NCBI GenBank assembly: GCA_964410965.1
Contig: CAYPIY010000006.1
Coordinates: 135,222-199,221 of the forward strand
Source: an uncultured Bacteroidota bacterium
Lineage (GTDB): Bacteria > CLD3 > SB21 > JBBIRG01
DNA: 64,000 bases
Direction: 5' to 3'
The first letter of the stretch is position 1, and each line of letters begins with the position of its first letter. The notes beneath the pieces were generated by a model. The model searched no databases and was not told where the DNA came from. It was given only the letters and a program-made list of their open reading frames with translations. The translations under genes were made by a program, and so were the position numbers. Shown here in pieces: positions 1 to 9,968 of the stretch.

Positions 1-156
1 TTCAGGGGCGCTGGTTCCGAATGCGACAATCGTTAATCCGATGATTAGCGGGGACAAACCTGCAATTTTAGCTAGATTGGATGCACCCCGAACAAGCGCA
101 TCCGCTCCTGCGATAAGAAGGATGAGTCCCAGAATTAAATAAATAATTGTTTCCAT
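1..156 (-). CDS. Ca2+/Na+ antiporter (CaCA family), N-terminal fragment; gene continues beyond window start
   Basis: Reverse-complement translation from ATG at 156 gives METIIYLILGLILLIAGADALVRGASNLAKIAGLSPLIIGLTIVAFGTSAPE, the typical CaCA alpha-1 repeat (GTSxPE). An AAGGAA RBS sits just upstream. Confidence 0.6.
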   Translation of the reverse strand, partial: METIIYLILGLILLIAGADALVRGASNLAKIAGLSPLIIGLTIVAFGTSAPE

Positions 157-210
157 GTTTCCTTTCCGGGTTAATGATCAAAGTGATATCAGCAGTAAAT
201 GATTCCGTTT

Positions 211-2577
211 TCAGTCTGTTACCGTGAATCCAACCTGATCCTGCAGAAATTTTCCGTTCAAAACAGCATTAGCCTTTAGATGATAATTTCCGCGTTCAAG
301 ATTCCAGCTTATTTTAAAAGGCCATTTTGACCTTCCATAGGGACGGTTATTGAGAAACCATTCAACTTGCCGAACACCTTCGGGGACATAGACTTCGAAA
401 TCAACTGACTGGTAGTGCCGCAATACTGATGGATCGATTCTGAATTCGGTTTTATTTTTCGGAAATACGATCTTAAAAATGTTTTTGCTGAGAGAAAAAC
501 TTGAATCGGCCAATGAATCTGATATCGGTGAGTGTGGAACCCTGGAGTGGCTTTGATGCATAATCGCCCATTGCTTGTAAACCGCCCCCAAAGAGAGGAA
601 ACGGGTATTTCCATAACGATCATGAACCTGGCACAGTTCATCCGGTTCTTTTCCCTCAATAAAATATTCCTGAACCGTATAACCGCAGCCTGGATGAGGC
701 AGCTGGCCGGACAATCCGCAGATATTTTTTTTAATCAGTGAATGAGGCGGGGAAAAAGACGGGGGAACAGACTTCTGATAAAGATGCAGCATAATGTCCC
801 TGAAAATCGGTCCCGCACCCGAAACTCCGGATATTCGTATCATCGGCTTGTTGTCAAAATTTCCAACCCATACTCCCACTGTATAATCAGTTGTATAACC
901 GACAGTCCAGTTGTCCCTGTAATCAGACGATGTTCCGGTTTTAACTGCGCAGGGAAACGGCAGGGCAAGGGGGGAATCATAACCGAAGGCCGGTGCGCGT
1001 GATGCAGCATCCGATAATATATCTGAAATCCAGAACACGGACGTTTCGGAAAAGACAGTAGACACTCTCTTCTGTACGGGCATTCCGGCAAGTGGAGTCA
1101 ATTCAATAAGCTGTCCGTGGTTGGCGAATATGCTGTACGCCCTTGTCAGTTCGAACAGTGTGACTTCTCCGTTTCCCAGTGTCAGGCCATGTCCGTAAAA
1201 GTCGGCTTTTTCTTTCAATCCCGTGAAACCGCACTGATGGAGCTTTGAAAGGAGCCTGTCCACCCCGATATCCTGCAATAGTCTCACCGCGGGGACATTG
1301 TATGAGCAGGCAAGAGCCTGACGGGCCCGGACCGGACCATGGAACTGGTTGTCGTAATTCAGCGGCGTAAAAACACCATGTTTCGAGTCGATGCTGGTTT
1401 CAATATCCGGAAGAACGGATGCCGGGGTGTAACCTTTGTCAAATGCCAGGGCGTAGGTGAACGGTTTCAGCGTCGAACCCGGCTGACGAGGTGCAAAAAC
1501 AGCGTTGAACTGACCGTCATACAATTCATTAAAATAATCGGATGATCCGATCAATGTCAGGATCTGACCGTTTCGGTTATCCATGATGAGAACCGCCGCA
1601 TTGGTGACATTTTCCGTTTTCAGCAGACCAACATGACCTTTGACAATTTTCTCACATTCCTGCTGTAAAGGAAGATCGAGCGATGTATGGATTTCCCGTT
1701 CATGGAATGGCTGTTTCAGGATCCAGTCCGTAAAATGAGGGGCATTGAACGGCGAAGCTTTCGGGAAGAGGAGGACAGGCTCAAGGACCGCGCGCTGATA
1801 ATCTGCTGAATCCATGCGTCCGAAAATGAAAAGCCGGTGCAGTATATATTCCTGCCGTTTCTTGGCTTTATGAAAATGATTGTAGGGATTATATTGGGTA
1901 GGGGATTTCGGCAAAGCCATCAGGAAAGAAGCCTCTGCCCAGCTCAGATCCAGGGATGATTTTCCAAAATACAGCTGTGAAGCAGCTTCAATGCCGAATG
2001 TCTGGTTCCCGAAAGGAATACGGTTGAGATAATGTTCCAGAATCTGATCCTTTGTCATTGTATGTTCCAAACGAAAAGCGAGCCAGAATTCCATTATTTT
2101 GCTGAACAGGTTTCTCGGATGCTGATACAGATTCCGGACCAATTGCAGCGTTATCGTGGAGCCTCCGCTGACCGTTTTACCGGCCTGAATATTCTGCATC
2201 AGCGCTCTTCCCATCGCGATCAGGTCGATACCATGATGACTGTAAAACCTGCGGTCTTCCGCATAAATCGCAGCATCTGAGGCTTTCGGAGAAATTTGGC
2301 TCAGCGGAGTCCACCGGCCATGACCCTCACGGGCAGAGATAACTTCCCTAAGTAGATAGCCATGGCGGTCAAATATACGGACGGAAGCATATTCATCGTA
2401 CTCAAGGATTTGGTCCGGCAAAGGGTTCATGAATGATGCGGATATCAGCAGCAGGGCAAAACAAAGGTCCTGATAAGGCTGGAAAAAATAATTCCTGAAA
2501 CATGCAAATTGAATTTTCAAAAAGATGCTTGTCATTAATGTACCGAATTCATATATTATCCCGTCTGAACTTTTCAC
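211..2577 (-). CDS. pbpC: Penicillin-binding protein 1C (bifunctional glycosyltransferase/transpeptidase)
   Basis: 788 aa. N-terminal GT51 transglycosylase motifs (EDRRFYSHHGID, GGSTITQQLV-like), central transpeptidase (STLKP-type SxxK) and the C-terminal PBP1C-specific domain. True start may be an internal Met. Confidence 0.8.
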   Translation of the reverse strand: MKSSDGIIYEFGTLMTSIFLKIQFACFRNYFFQPYQDLCFALLLISASFMNPLPDQILEYDEYASVRIFDRHGYLLREVISAREGHGRWTPLSQISPKASDAAIYAEDRRFYSHHGIDLIAMGRALMQNIQAGKTVSGGSTITLQLVRNLYQHPRNLFSKIMEFWLAFRLEHTMTKDQILEHYLNRIPFGNQTFGIEAASQLYFGKSSLDLSWAEASFLMALPKSPTQYNPYNHFHKAKKRQEYILHRLFIFGRMDSADYQRAVLEPVLLFPKASPFNAPHFTDWILKQPFHEREIHTSLDLPLQQECEKIVKGHVGLLKTENVTNAAVLIMDNRNGQILTLIGSSDYFNELYDGQFNAVFAPRQPGSTLKPFTYALAFDKGYTPASVLPDIETSIDSKHGVFTPLNYDNQFHGPVRARQALACSYNVPAVRLLQDIGVDRLLSKLHQCGFTGLKEKADFYGHGLTLGNGEVTLFELTRAYSIFANHGQLIELTPLAGMPVQKRVSTVFSETSVFWISDILSDAASRAPAFGYDSPLALPFPCAVKTGTSSDYRDNWTVGYTTDYTVGVWVGNFDNKPMIRISGVSGAGPIFRDIMLHLYQKSVPPSFSPPHSLIKKNICGLSGQLPHPGCGYTVQEYFIEGKEPDELCQVHDRYGNTRFLSLGAVYKQWAIMHQSHSRVPHSPISDSLADSSFSLSKNIFKIVFPKNKTEFRIDPSVLRHYQSVDFEVYVPEGVRQVEWFLNNRPYGRSKWPFKISWNLERGNYHLKANAVLNGKFLQDQVGFTVTD

Positions 2578-2708
2578 TTAATTCCGGAAAGGAACCCTCA
2601 CGATTCGTCAGTCAGAATAAGGTAAAAAAAACGATGATTCAAAACAAGGATCATCGAAATTCGGTTAAATTTTTCAATCAAATTCTTTTTTTAGCCAGTC
2701 AGGAGGTC

Positions 2709-4112
2709 ATGATGTCCAAAGTCAAAGAAAAGCCAAAACCGTTTGTATTTCCTGAATACTGCAAAGGTTGCGGACGCTGTATTGAAGCCTGTCCGAAGCA
2801 TTGTATTGAATTCGGAAAAGAAATTAATCCCGCAACGGGGCTTATTCCCGTCATTTTGAAACTCGAGTTATGTAACGGCTGTCAGCTGTGTATCGAGGCC
2901 TGCCCGGAACCGTACGGTTTGCAAGCCATGCCCGACGAATTTAAATTTGAACTCCAGGATCCCAAGAAGTTGTTCGGCGACAGGATGACGGATGCGCCTG
3001 AACCTGAGGATATTCCCAATACCTATGTTTCTATCCCGAAAATTGAGCCCCTGGTGATCAAGGGAAATTATGCAGCTGCCATTGGCGCAATGTTGGCGGG
3101 CTGCCGTCATTTCTTCGGTTATCCCATAACGCCGTCGACTGAAGGGGCTGAACTTATGGCCAAATTTCTTCCGATGCTGGATGGGGTTTATGTTCAGGCG
3201 GTCAGCGAGGTAGCGACCGTCAACCTGATGTATGGATGCGGCGGAGCGGGACTGCCCTGCATGACGTTTACCTCCTCGCCGGGGTTCAGTCTGATGCTGG
3301 AGGGAATTTCGTATATGATCGGTGCGCAGGTACCCGGTATTTTCGTGAATGTCATGCGCGGAGGACCCGGGCTCGGGAATATTGCGCCGGAACAGGCGGA
3401 TATTAAACTGGGCTGCAGGGGACTGGGACACGGCAATACCCATGCGATCGTCCTGGCCCCGTCGACCTGCCAGGAAATGCTTGAATTGTCAATGCTGGCT
3501 TTTGAATTATCATTCAAATACCGGAATCCCGTCATGATTTTTCCGGACGGTTATCTGGGTCAGATGACCGGCAAAGTTGTCTTTCCTGAAAAAATGGTCA
3601 AACCCGGAATTCCCAAATGGGCAGTGTACGGCGACCGTGAGCACCGCAGGAACCTGATATGTTCCATTGAACTCAGTGAACAGGATCTGGAAAGGCACAA
3701 TCAATTCCTGAATGAAAAATACGAACAAATGATCGAGAATGAACAGCGTGCCGATATTTTCCACTGCGATGATGCCGAAATAATCCTTATCGGTTGTAAC
3801 ACACCCGCGCGAATGGCCAAAGGGGCTGTACAGGCGCTTCGTCAGCAGGGTATCAGGGCCGGATTATTCAGGCCGATTACATTATGGCCTTTTCCAATCA
3901 AGTCGTTACTGCCTTTGCTGGTTAAAACGAAACATATCGTTATGGTCGAGGCCAGCAACCGGCAGTTGGAGGATGAAGTTCGCCTTGCGTTCAGTAACGC
4001 CAATGTTTCCAGGATTCCCGAGATTCATCGCGTGAACCGCTACGGTGGTATGCTGCCGCAACAAAATGAAATCATTGAAAAAGTTCTTTCGCTGAAGGAG
4101 GTGCGATCATGA
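2709..4112 (+). CDS. 2-oxoacid:ferredoxin oxidoreductase, fused delta (2x[4Fe-4S] ferredoxin) + alpha subunit
   Basis: Two CxxCxxCxxxCP ferredoxin motifs (CKGCGRCIEACP, CNGCQLCIEACP) followed by OFOR alpha domains. AGGAGG RBS precedes ATGATG at 2709. The ORF-track start at 2502 is an overextension into the pbpC 5' region. Confidence 0.8.
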   Translation: MMSKVKEKPKPFVFPEYCKGCGRCIEACPKHCIEFGKEINPATGLIPVILKLELCNGCQLCIEACPEPYGLQAMPDEFKFELQDPKKLFGDRMTDAPEPEDIPNTYVSIPKIEPLVIKGNYAAAIGAMLAGCRHFFGYPITPSTEGAELMAKFLPMLDGVYVQAVSEVATVNLMYGCGGAGLPCMTFTSSPGFSLMLEGISYMIGAQVPGIFVNVMRGGPGLGNIAPEQADIKLGCRGLGHGNTHAIVLAPSTCQEMLELSMLAFELSFKYRNPVMIFPDGYLGQMTGKVVFPEKMVKPGIPKWAVYGDREHRRNLICSIELSEQDLERHNQFLNEKYEQMIENEQRADIFHCDDAEIILIGCNTPARMAKGAVQALRQQGIRAGLFRPITLWPFPIKSLLPLLVKTKHIVMVEASNRQLEDEVRLAFSNANVSRIPEIHRVNRYGGMLPQQNEIIEKVLSLKEVRS

Positions 4113-5521
4113 AAACCTTTTATGAAAAATTTGACCGGCACGCTCATGGCCAGGGAATTAAGGGGCATTCGACCCATTATTGTCCGGGTTGCGGACATGG
4201 TCTGGCGCATAAGTACATTTCCGAAGCGATTGAGGATTTGGGAATTCAGGACCGTACTGTCGCGATATCTCCTGTGGGTTGCAGCGTATTCTTGTACTAT
4301 TACATGGATGTGGGCAATTCACAGGCTCCCCACGGGCGCGCACCCGCGGTCGGACTCGGGCATAAAGTGGCCAATCCGAATTCCGTGGTGATCAGTTATC
4401 AGGGAGATGGCGATCTTGCTTCGATCGGTATAGCTGAAATTATGTATGCGGCTCAGCTTGGCATCCCCTTTACCGTGATATTCATCAATAACGCAATCTA
4501 TGGTATGACCGGCGGGCAAATGGCACCAACCACGCTGATGGGTATGAAAACCTCTACTTCACCAATGGGCCGTCAGACTTTAGCGGGACAGCCCCTGAAA
4601 GTTGCCGAAGTCATGGCCGGACTCGACGGACCTATATATGTCGAACGGGTAGCCTTATTTGACAATAAACAACGAATTCGCGCCAAAAAAGCAATTCACA
4701 AAGCGATTCAGATTCAAGCGGAAAATAAAGGATTTGCTTTTGTTGAAGTGCTCGCTGAATGCCCGACACACCTGAAGATGTCTACGACAGAAAGCGAAGA
4801 ATGGGTCGAAAAGAACATGGTGCCGGTATTTCCTCTTGGGGTCAAGAAAGATATCGAGCCGCCATATCCGTTCAAAATGAATCCGCCGGACTTTACGTCT
4901 GAGAAACTGGTTAAAATTGTTGACGGCCGTTTTGAAGCCGTTAAAAAGCATTGCACATCATTCCCGGCCCATATAGCCGCGAAAGATATTTCCATGAAAC
5001 TGGCAGGTTCCGGAGGTGACGGCGCCCAGACCGCGGCGATGCTGATCGCCCAGGCCGGCATCAATGAAGGATTTGATGCCACTCACATACCAAGCTACGG
5101 CCCGGAATCCCGCGGCGGTACATCATACGCAGACGTCCATATCGCCGAAAGTGAAGTGCTTTCGCCGGCTTCACCGCACCCTCATATACTGATTGCCTTT
5201 AACCGTCTGAGTCTGGTCAAGTTTGGTCCCGATGTAGTCCAGGGAGGAACCATCATTTATGACAGCGGAATCATAACGGATCCTCCGGATTATAAAGGTG
5301 TAAAAATGGTCGGAGTACCATTTGCTGAAATTGCCAAGGATCTGGGAAAAGTCATCGTAAAAAATATCGTTGCTCTGGGAGCGCTTCAGGCAGCGACGAA
5401 TATTTTCCCTGCAGAAACCCTTCTGACGGCCGTCCGGATGACTCTGAAAGATAAATGTGCGCTGATCCCCCTTAATGAACAGGCATTTGAATGGGGAGTC
5501 AAAACGGTTAACCAGAAATGA
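4109..5521 (+). CDS. 2-oxoacid:ferredoxin oxidoreductase, fused beta (TPP-binding) + gamma subunit
   Basis: N-terminal TPP/[4Fe-4S] beta-subunit motifs (HYCPGCGHG, GDGD). C-terminal ~180 aa match the gamma subunit (GSGGDGAQTAAMLIAQAG...PSYGPESRGG). ATGA start/stop overlap with the upstream gene. Confidence 0.8.
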   Translation: MKTFYEKFDRHAHGQGIKGHSTHYCPGCGHGLAHKYISEAIEDLGIQDRTVAISPVGCSVFLYYYMDVGNSQAPHGRAPAVGLGHKVANPNSVVISYQGDGDLASIGIAEIMYAAQLGIPFTVIFINNAIYGMTGGQMAPTTLMGMKTSTSPMGRQTLAGQPLKVAEVMAGLDGPIYVERVALFDNKQRIRAKKAIHKAIQIQAENKGFAFVEVLAECPTHLKMSTTESEEWVEKNMVPVFPLGVKKDIEPPYPFKMNPPDFTSEKLVKIVDGRFEAVKKHCTSFPAHIAAKDISMKLAGSGGDGAQTAAMLIAQAGINEGFDATHIPSYGPESRGGTSYADVHIAESEVLSPASPHPHILIAFNRLSLVKFGPDVVQGGTIIYDSGIITDPPDYKGVKMVGVPFAEIAKDLGKVIVKNIVALGALQAATNIFPAETLLTAVRMTLKDKCALIPLNEQAFEWGVKTVNQK

Positions 5522-5542
5522 GCTATAAAGATCCAGTATTAT

Positions 5543-5570
5543 CCCCGTCAGGTAACTGACGGGGTTTTTT
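5543..5570 (+). terminator. Rho-independent terminator after OFOR operon
   Basis: Hairpin ccccgtcag-gtaa-ctgacgggg followed by TTTTTT. Confidence 0.7.
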
Positions 5571-5740
5571 ATGAATTGTTCAATATTTATTTTCACAACA
5601 GAAATAAAAACATTTCAGCTGAAAGTAAAATATATGTTGTTTGTTGGTGAACCGAAGACGGATCAATATGAAATGTCATTTACATGATCCTTGTATTTAA
5701 AACTAATATACAGAGAAAAGATCCGTATGAAAGGAAAATC

Positions 5741-7303
5741 ATGAATACACGTTTTAAGAAAATGAACGGCCTGTTAGTGGTGACATTTTTGTTTTTTGCT
5801 TCAACTCTTAATGCCCAGTTTGTTTCCGAGCAACTTGTGAGTATTCCTGAAAAATTCAGGCCGATCAAGCTCAGGTCGGCTTTGCCGGCTGCAAAAGTTC
5901 AAATCACGGGACTGAAGGCGGTTCTCATTGGAGCGCCTATCGACGGTGATGACGGAAGCTGGACTACCTCTGAAATCAAAAACCTGAAAATGACAGCGAA
6001 AACACTCAGAGAAAGAGGAGTCACCGTTTATGAATTCTACACCCCTTCAAATTCATGGACTGCAATCAAGGAAGCCTGTAACGGGGCCCATTTTCTGATG
6101 TATCGCGGTCACGGGGTTTATGATGGCAATAATCCACCCAAATGGGTAGGGGGATTTTCCCTGAAGGATTATTTTGCTTCATCTGAAAATATCAAAAAGG
6201 ATCTCAAACTGGCGCAGGGCTCCATCGTGATGATTTACGGATGTTTTACAGCCGGTAATTCCGGTTTTGATATCGGTAAGATTGATGAAAATGAAGCCAG
6301 CCGCAGGGTCAATATATACGCGAAACCATTCATGGAAATGGGCGTTTCAGGTTACTATGCGAATTGGTACGGCGACGCATTTCAGCATTTCACGGCTCAT
6401 TTATTTTCCGGAAAAACCCTTGGTGAAAGCTTCAAAGCCTATGATGATTATAATCAGGAAACGACCAGCCAGTACACAATATCCAATTCTTCGGCGGTTT
6501 TATGGCTTGATCATGATGACTGGGACGGTAAAATTGCCTATAATAACGCATTTGTCGGGTATTCTGAGAAGCGTCTGACAGATTTATTTTCAGATCAGGA
6601 AAATTCAACAGGTCTTTCTGGAACGAAAACTGATGAATCCGGCAAGGTAACCAATGGTGCCGGGGGGCAAGTCAAAAGTTCATCTTCCTTTGTTTCGATG
6701 ATCTACCTGAGCGATCTGGAAAAACAGGTGGTAAGGGAATTGAACGCCGTTCGTTCCAATCCATCAGGTTATGCAGTCTTTGCCAAAGAAGTGCTTCAAT
6801 TATTCAAGGGAGATCTGCTGCAGTATCCCGGAGAAATATCGATCCGAACCAATGAAGGAAAAGAAGCTGTGCAGGAGTGCTACGAATTTCTGATGGCCGC
6901 CGTTCCAATCGATACGCTCAGACCCTCCAGAGGAATGTCTCTAGCGGCAAAAGATCATGTGGAGGACCAAGGCGAAACTGAAAGTACAGGTCATACAGGA
7001 AATGACGGAAGTTCCCCTTTTGACAGAATTGAACGGTACGGGCAATGGCAGTCGACTGCGGGAGAAAATATCGATTATGGGAATAATATTGCTCGGAGAA
7101 TTGTTTTGTCATTGTTGATCGATGACGGTGTTGCTTCTCGGGGTCACCGTAAAAATATATTCAATCCAGCCTTTAAAGTTGTCGGTGTAGCATGCGGGCC
7201 CCATAAGATGTACCGGCATATGTGTGTGATGACGCTTTCCGGCGGATTCAAAAGTAAAAAGGACGGTTCTTCACAACGGGGTATCGATTCGGAAGAGGAA
7301 TAG
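5741..7303 (+). CDS. Secreted protein: N-terminal caspase-like (clan CD-type His/Cys) domain fused to C-terminal CAP/SCP (PR-1-like) domain
   Basis: Signal peptide MNTRFKKMNGLLVVTFLFFASTLNAQ. Strand-His-Gly (FLMYRGHG) and strand-Cys (IVMIYGCFTAGNS) arrangement typical of C11/C13/C25 peptidases. C-terminal CAP signature (GHTGNDGSSPFDRIERYG..., RGHRKNIFNPAFKVVGVACG). Confidence 0.55.
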   Translation: MNTRFKKMNGLLVVTFLFFASTLNAQFVSEQLVSIPEKFRPIKLRSALPAAKVQITGLKAVLIGAPIDGDDGSWTTSEIKNLKMTAKTLRERGVTVYEFYTPSNSWTAIKEACNGAHFLMYRGHGVYDGNNPPKWVGGFSLKDYFASSENIKKDLKLAQGSIVMIYGCFTAGNSGFDIGKIDENEASRRVNIYAKPFMEMGVSGYYANWYGDAFQHFTAHLFSGKTLGESFKAYDDYNQETTSQYTISNSSAVLWLDHDDWDGKIAYNNAFVGYSEKRLTDLFSDQENSTGLSGTKTDESGKVTNGAGGQVKSSSSFVSMIYLSDLEKQVVRELNAVRSNPSGYAVFAKEVLQLFKGDLLQYPGEISIRTNEGKEAVQECYEFLMAAVPIDTLRPSRGMSLAAKDHVEDQGETESTGHTGNDGSSPFDRIERYGQWQSTAGENIDYGNNIARRIVLSLLIDDGVASRGHRKNIFNPAFKVVGVACGPHKMYRHMCVMTLSGGFKSKKDGSSQRGIDSEEE

Positions 7304-7498
7304 CGGTAAATCAAGTGAATGAAAATTAGAAATAAATCTGAAATAAAAGAAAAAAATACTTGATTTAATTTTAATAAATCCTAAATTCTAGATTGGCTAT
7401 AAAACGGATAAGCACTTTTGGTTTAACGATTAAGGAATTATTAGGCAGTTATACGTCTAAAAATAAAACTCTACTCCTCTCCTCCTCATTAGAGAACT

Positions 7499-7538
7499 CC
7501 GCGGTCCCCCCATAATCCGCGGGGTTTTCTTTTTTTTT
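7499..7538 (+). terminator. Rho-independent terminator
   Basis: GC-rich palindrome ccgcgg-tccccccataat-ccgcgggg followed by a long T-run (ttttctttttttttt). Confidence 0.55.
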
Positions 7539-7567
7539 GTACTTGAAGTGAAGTATTTTACCGGCAG

Positions 7568-8296
7568 TTAAGTACCGGATTGCATTTTTGATGCCATGAG
7601 CTGGTTGGCCCTGTATAATGAATCAAAGGTTCCTGCGTCTGTCCACCATCCGTTCATGAATTCGTACTGCATCTCATTTTTCCGGATGTAATAATTGTTA
7701 ACATCCGTGATTTCAAGTTCTCCGCGGTTTGAGGGTTTCAATGTTTTAATGATCTTGAAAACCTCAGGATCATACATATAAATACCGGTTACGGCATAAT
7801 TTGATTTTGGATTTTTAGGTTTTTCCTCTATACCTATAACTTTATCGCCACTAAGTTCCGCCACACCGAAACGTTCAGGATCAGAGACTTCTTTCAGAAA
7901 AATCTTTCCGCCTGTTTTCTGTTGATCAAAATTTCGGACAGCGGCTTTAATACTGTCCTCGAAGATATTATCGCCTAGAATTACTACGACGGAATCATCC
8001 TGCGCATAGTGTTCACAGAGACCCAGTGCTTCAGCGATGCCTCCTTCGCCTTTCTGGTAAACGTAATTAATGTGATTGAGCCTGAATTCATGCCCGTTTC
8101 CAAGCAACCGGAGAAAATCACCGGCGAAATTTCCGCCTGTGACCAGTATGATGTCCGTGATTCCGGCTTCGACCATTTTTTCGATAGGATAAAAAATCAT
8201 CGGTTTGTCATAAATCGGCAGCAGGTGCTTGTTGGTTACCAAAGTCAGAGGCTGTAACCGGGTTCCCAGACCGCCAGCTAAAATGATGCCTTTCAT
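7568..8296 (-). CDS. Sugar-phosphate nucleotidyltransferase (RmlA/GlmU-like NTP-transferase fold, short form)
   Basis: N-terminal GxGxRLxPLT motif (ILAGGLGTRLQPLT...KHLLPI). 242 aa. Confidence 0.7.
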   Translation of the reverse strand: MKGIILAGGLGTRLQPLTLVTNKHLLPIYDKPMIFYPIEKMVEAGITDIILVTGGNFAGDFLRLLGNGHEFRLNHINYVYQKGEGGIAEALGLCEHYAQDDSVVVILGDNIFEDSIKAAVRNFDQQKTGGKIFLKEVSDPERFGVAELSGDKVIGIEEKPKNPKSNYAVTGIYMYDPEVFKIIKTLKPSNRGELEITDVNNYYIRKNEMQYEFMNGWWTDAGTFDSLYRANQLMASKMQSGT

Positions 8297-8343
8297 CTCA
8301 TTCTCCTTTTTGCTGAAAATATTAACATCGTAATTGATTGAAT

Positions 8344-9141
8344 CTATTGCTTCTTTAAACGCAGTTTCTTTTTATTCATTTTTTCAAGGAATTCAGAATC
8401 CCTGATCGCTGAAAGGTCCTTGATTTTTTCAAATTGATCTTTTATTACCGTCTCAACTCTCGATTTCAAATCATCCCGGTTTTCCGGGGTAAGACCGGAT
8501 GTTGGAATGGGTTCACTAACAATCATATGTACCTGGCGTCTGAATCCCACATTGGACAAACCGCCGTATTTGTGCATTATATTGATTGTTCCGCTTATCG
8601 TTACTGGAATGATATCAACCCTGGAGTTAATGGCTAGAAGAAACGCACCTTTCTTGAAGGGGGCTATTTCCCCGTCCAGACTTCGGGTTCCCTCTGCAAA
8701 GATGACTATATTGATACCTTTTCTGATTTTCTCTGCAGCACGCTGTAAAGAAACAATTGCCTTTTCTCTATGGCCCCGATCAATGGAAATAAATCTCATG
8801 ACGAGCAGAGTGAAACCCAGGAACGGTGCCCATAGGAGCTCTTTCTTGTGGATCATTCGTATTTGCCTCGGAATGTATCCCATCATCAGAGGAATATCAA
8901 ATAAACTTTGGTGGTTGCTGACGAAAATATACGGCTTTCCGGGTTTGATATTTTCAAGGCCCGATACATGTATTTTCGGTCCCGTCAGGATCAGTAGGGT
9001 TTTGGCCCAGAATTTCTCAAATTTGTACATCAGCCATCCGAAAGGTCGAAACGCCGAAACCGACGTTGCGACAACGGATGAAAACACCATGAATAACATT
9101 GCGAATAGCACATACAAAACCGATAATAACCTGTGAATCAT
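8344..9141 (-). CDS. plsC: 1-acyl-sn-glycerol-3-phosphate acyltransferase
   Basis: HxxxxD motif (NHQSLFD) and FAEGTRS block. N-terminal TM helix. Confidence 0.8.
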   Translation of the reverse strand: MIHRLLSVLYVLFAMLFMVFSSVVATSVSAFRPFGWLMYKFEKFWAKTLLILTGPKIHVSGLENIKPGKPYIFVSNHQSLFDIPLMMGYIPRQIRMIHKKELLWAPFLGFTLLVMRFISIDRGHREKAIVSLQRAAEKIRKGINIVIFAEGTRSLDGEIAPFKKGAFLLAINSRVDIIPVTISGTINIMHKYGGLSNVGFRRQVHMIVSEPIPTSGLTPENRDDLKSRVETVIKDQFEKIKDLSAIRDSEFLEKMNKKKLRLKKQ

Positions 9142-9968
9142 GAATCGGAATTCCCTAAATTATTAATGATATCATTGATGATAGACGAAATCGTATCGTT
9201 TGATACCTTGGAGAAATGATCACTTTCCGTGCATGAAGAACATTCTTTTTCGGCATCGTTCGAATCCATAACATCAATCCTGCATGCAGGAACAGTTCCC
9301 AGGGGCAGATTGTACTCGTTATTAACATTTCGCAACCTTTCAATCTCATGCGGATTCAATGTTTTCCCTCCTCCGAGTAATTTGGTAACAAATAAAATCT
9401 GCGCGTAATGTTCAACCTGTTCAATACGGAAATAGGCCTCGTGTACAGTTCTTCCGGCTGCAGTCAGACCATGATTTGCCATTAGGCAAACGTCGTACGA
9501 ACGCATGACCGATCGGACTGAGTCTGCCAGTTCTTCCGTCGAAGGCGTACCGTAAGAAGCAAGAGGAACGATTCCGATCGTTGAAATGATTTCGGGCAGC
9601 ACACAATGCTCCATAGGGATTCGTGCAGTGGCAAAAGCCGTGGAATACACCGGATGTGCATGTACAACCGCCCTGACATCCGGACGAATATCATAAATGG
9701 CCAGATGCATTTTAAATTCGCTAGTTATTCTTCTATGCCCTTCCAGAACACGTCCCTGCAGATCGGTTCGTACCAGATCGATTTCCTTCAAATCTCCCTT
9801 GCAAATCCCGGATGGGGTGAACCAGCAGTCCCCGTCACCGGTTATCGAGCTGATGTTTCCTTCATTTGCGGCAACAAGCCCCTTATAATACAAACGATGG
9901 CAGCAGTCAATTATCGCTTGCGGGATACTTAAACCGGGTTGAGAACTTTGTTTATATCCAGTTATCAT
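9138..9968 (-). CDS. Class II aldolase/adducin-family protein (fuculose-P aldolase / ribulose-5-P 4-epimerase-like) with acidic Ser/Cys-rich C-terminal tail
   Basis: Core matches the class II aldolase fold with metal-binding His residues (VVHAHP). An extra ~60 aa C-terminal extension (…EKECSSCTESDH…). Start overlaps the upstream stop by 4 nt. Confidence 0.65.
   Translation of the reverse strand: MITGYKQSSQPGLSIPQAIIDCCHRLYYKGLVAANEGNISSITGDGDCWFTPSGICKGDLKEIDLVRTDLQGRVLEGHRRITSEFKMHLAIYDIRPDVRAVVHAHPVYSTAFATARIPMEHCVLPEIISTIGIVPLASYGTPSTEELADSVRSVMRSYDVCLMANHGLTAAGRTVHEAYFRIEQVEHYAQILFVTKLLGGGKTLNPHEIERLRNVNNEYNLPLGTVPACRIDVMDSNDAEKECSSCTESDHFSKVSNDTISSIINDIINNLGNSDS

Noticed and set aside
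2502-2708. ORF-track start for the OFOR δα gene 207 nt upstream, overlapping the pbpC start on the other strand
   Set aside because: A strong AGGAGG RBS immediately precedes ATGATG at 2709. The ferredoxin domain begins right there. The upstream residues are low-complexity and overlap the pbpC 5' end.
2868-5082. Several 60-190-aa minus-strand ORFs inside the OFOR genes
   Set aside because: Antisense to genes with unambiguous OFOR motifs. No independent support.
7304-7567. Bidirectional terminator between the convergent CAP-fusion and nucleotidyltransferase genes
   Set aside because: The hairpin has a T-run only on the + strand side. The minus-strand side lacks a U-tract after the stem, so only the + strand terminator is called.
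8507-9136. 209-aa ORF on the + strand antisense to plsC
   Set aside because: Fully embedded in a well-supported acyltransferase gene. No motifs, no RBS context. Typical shadow ORF.
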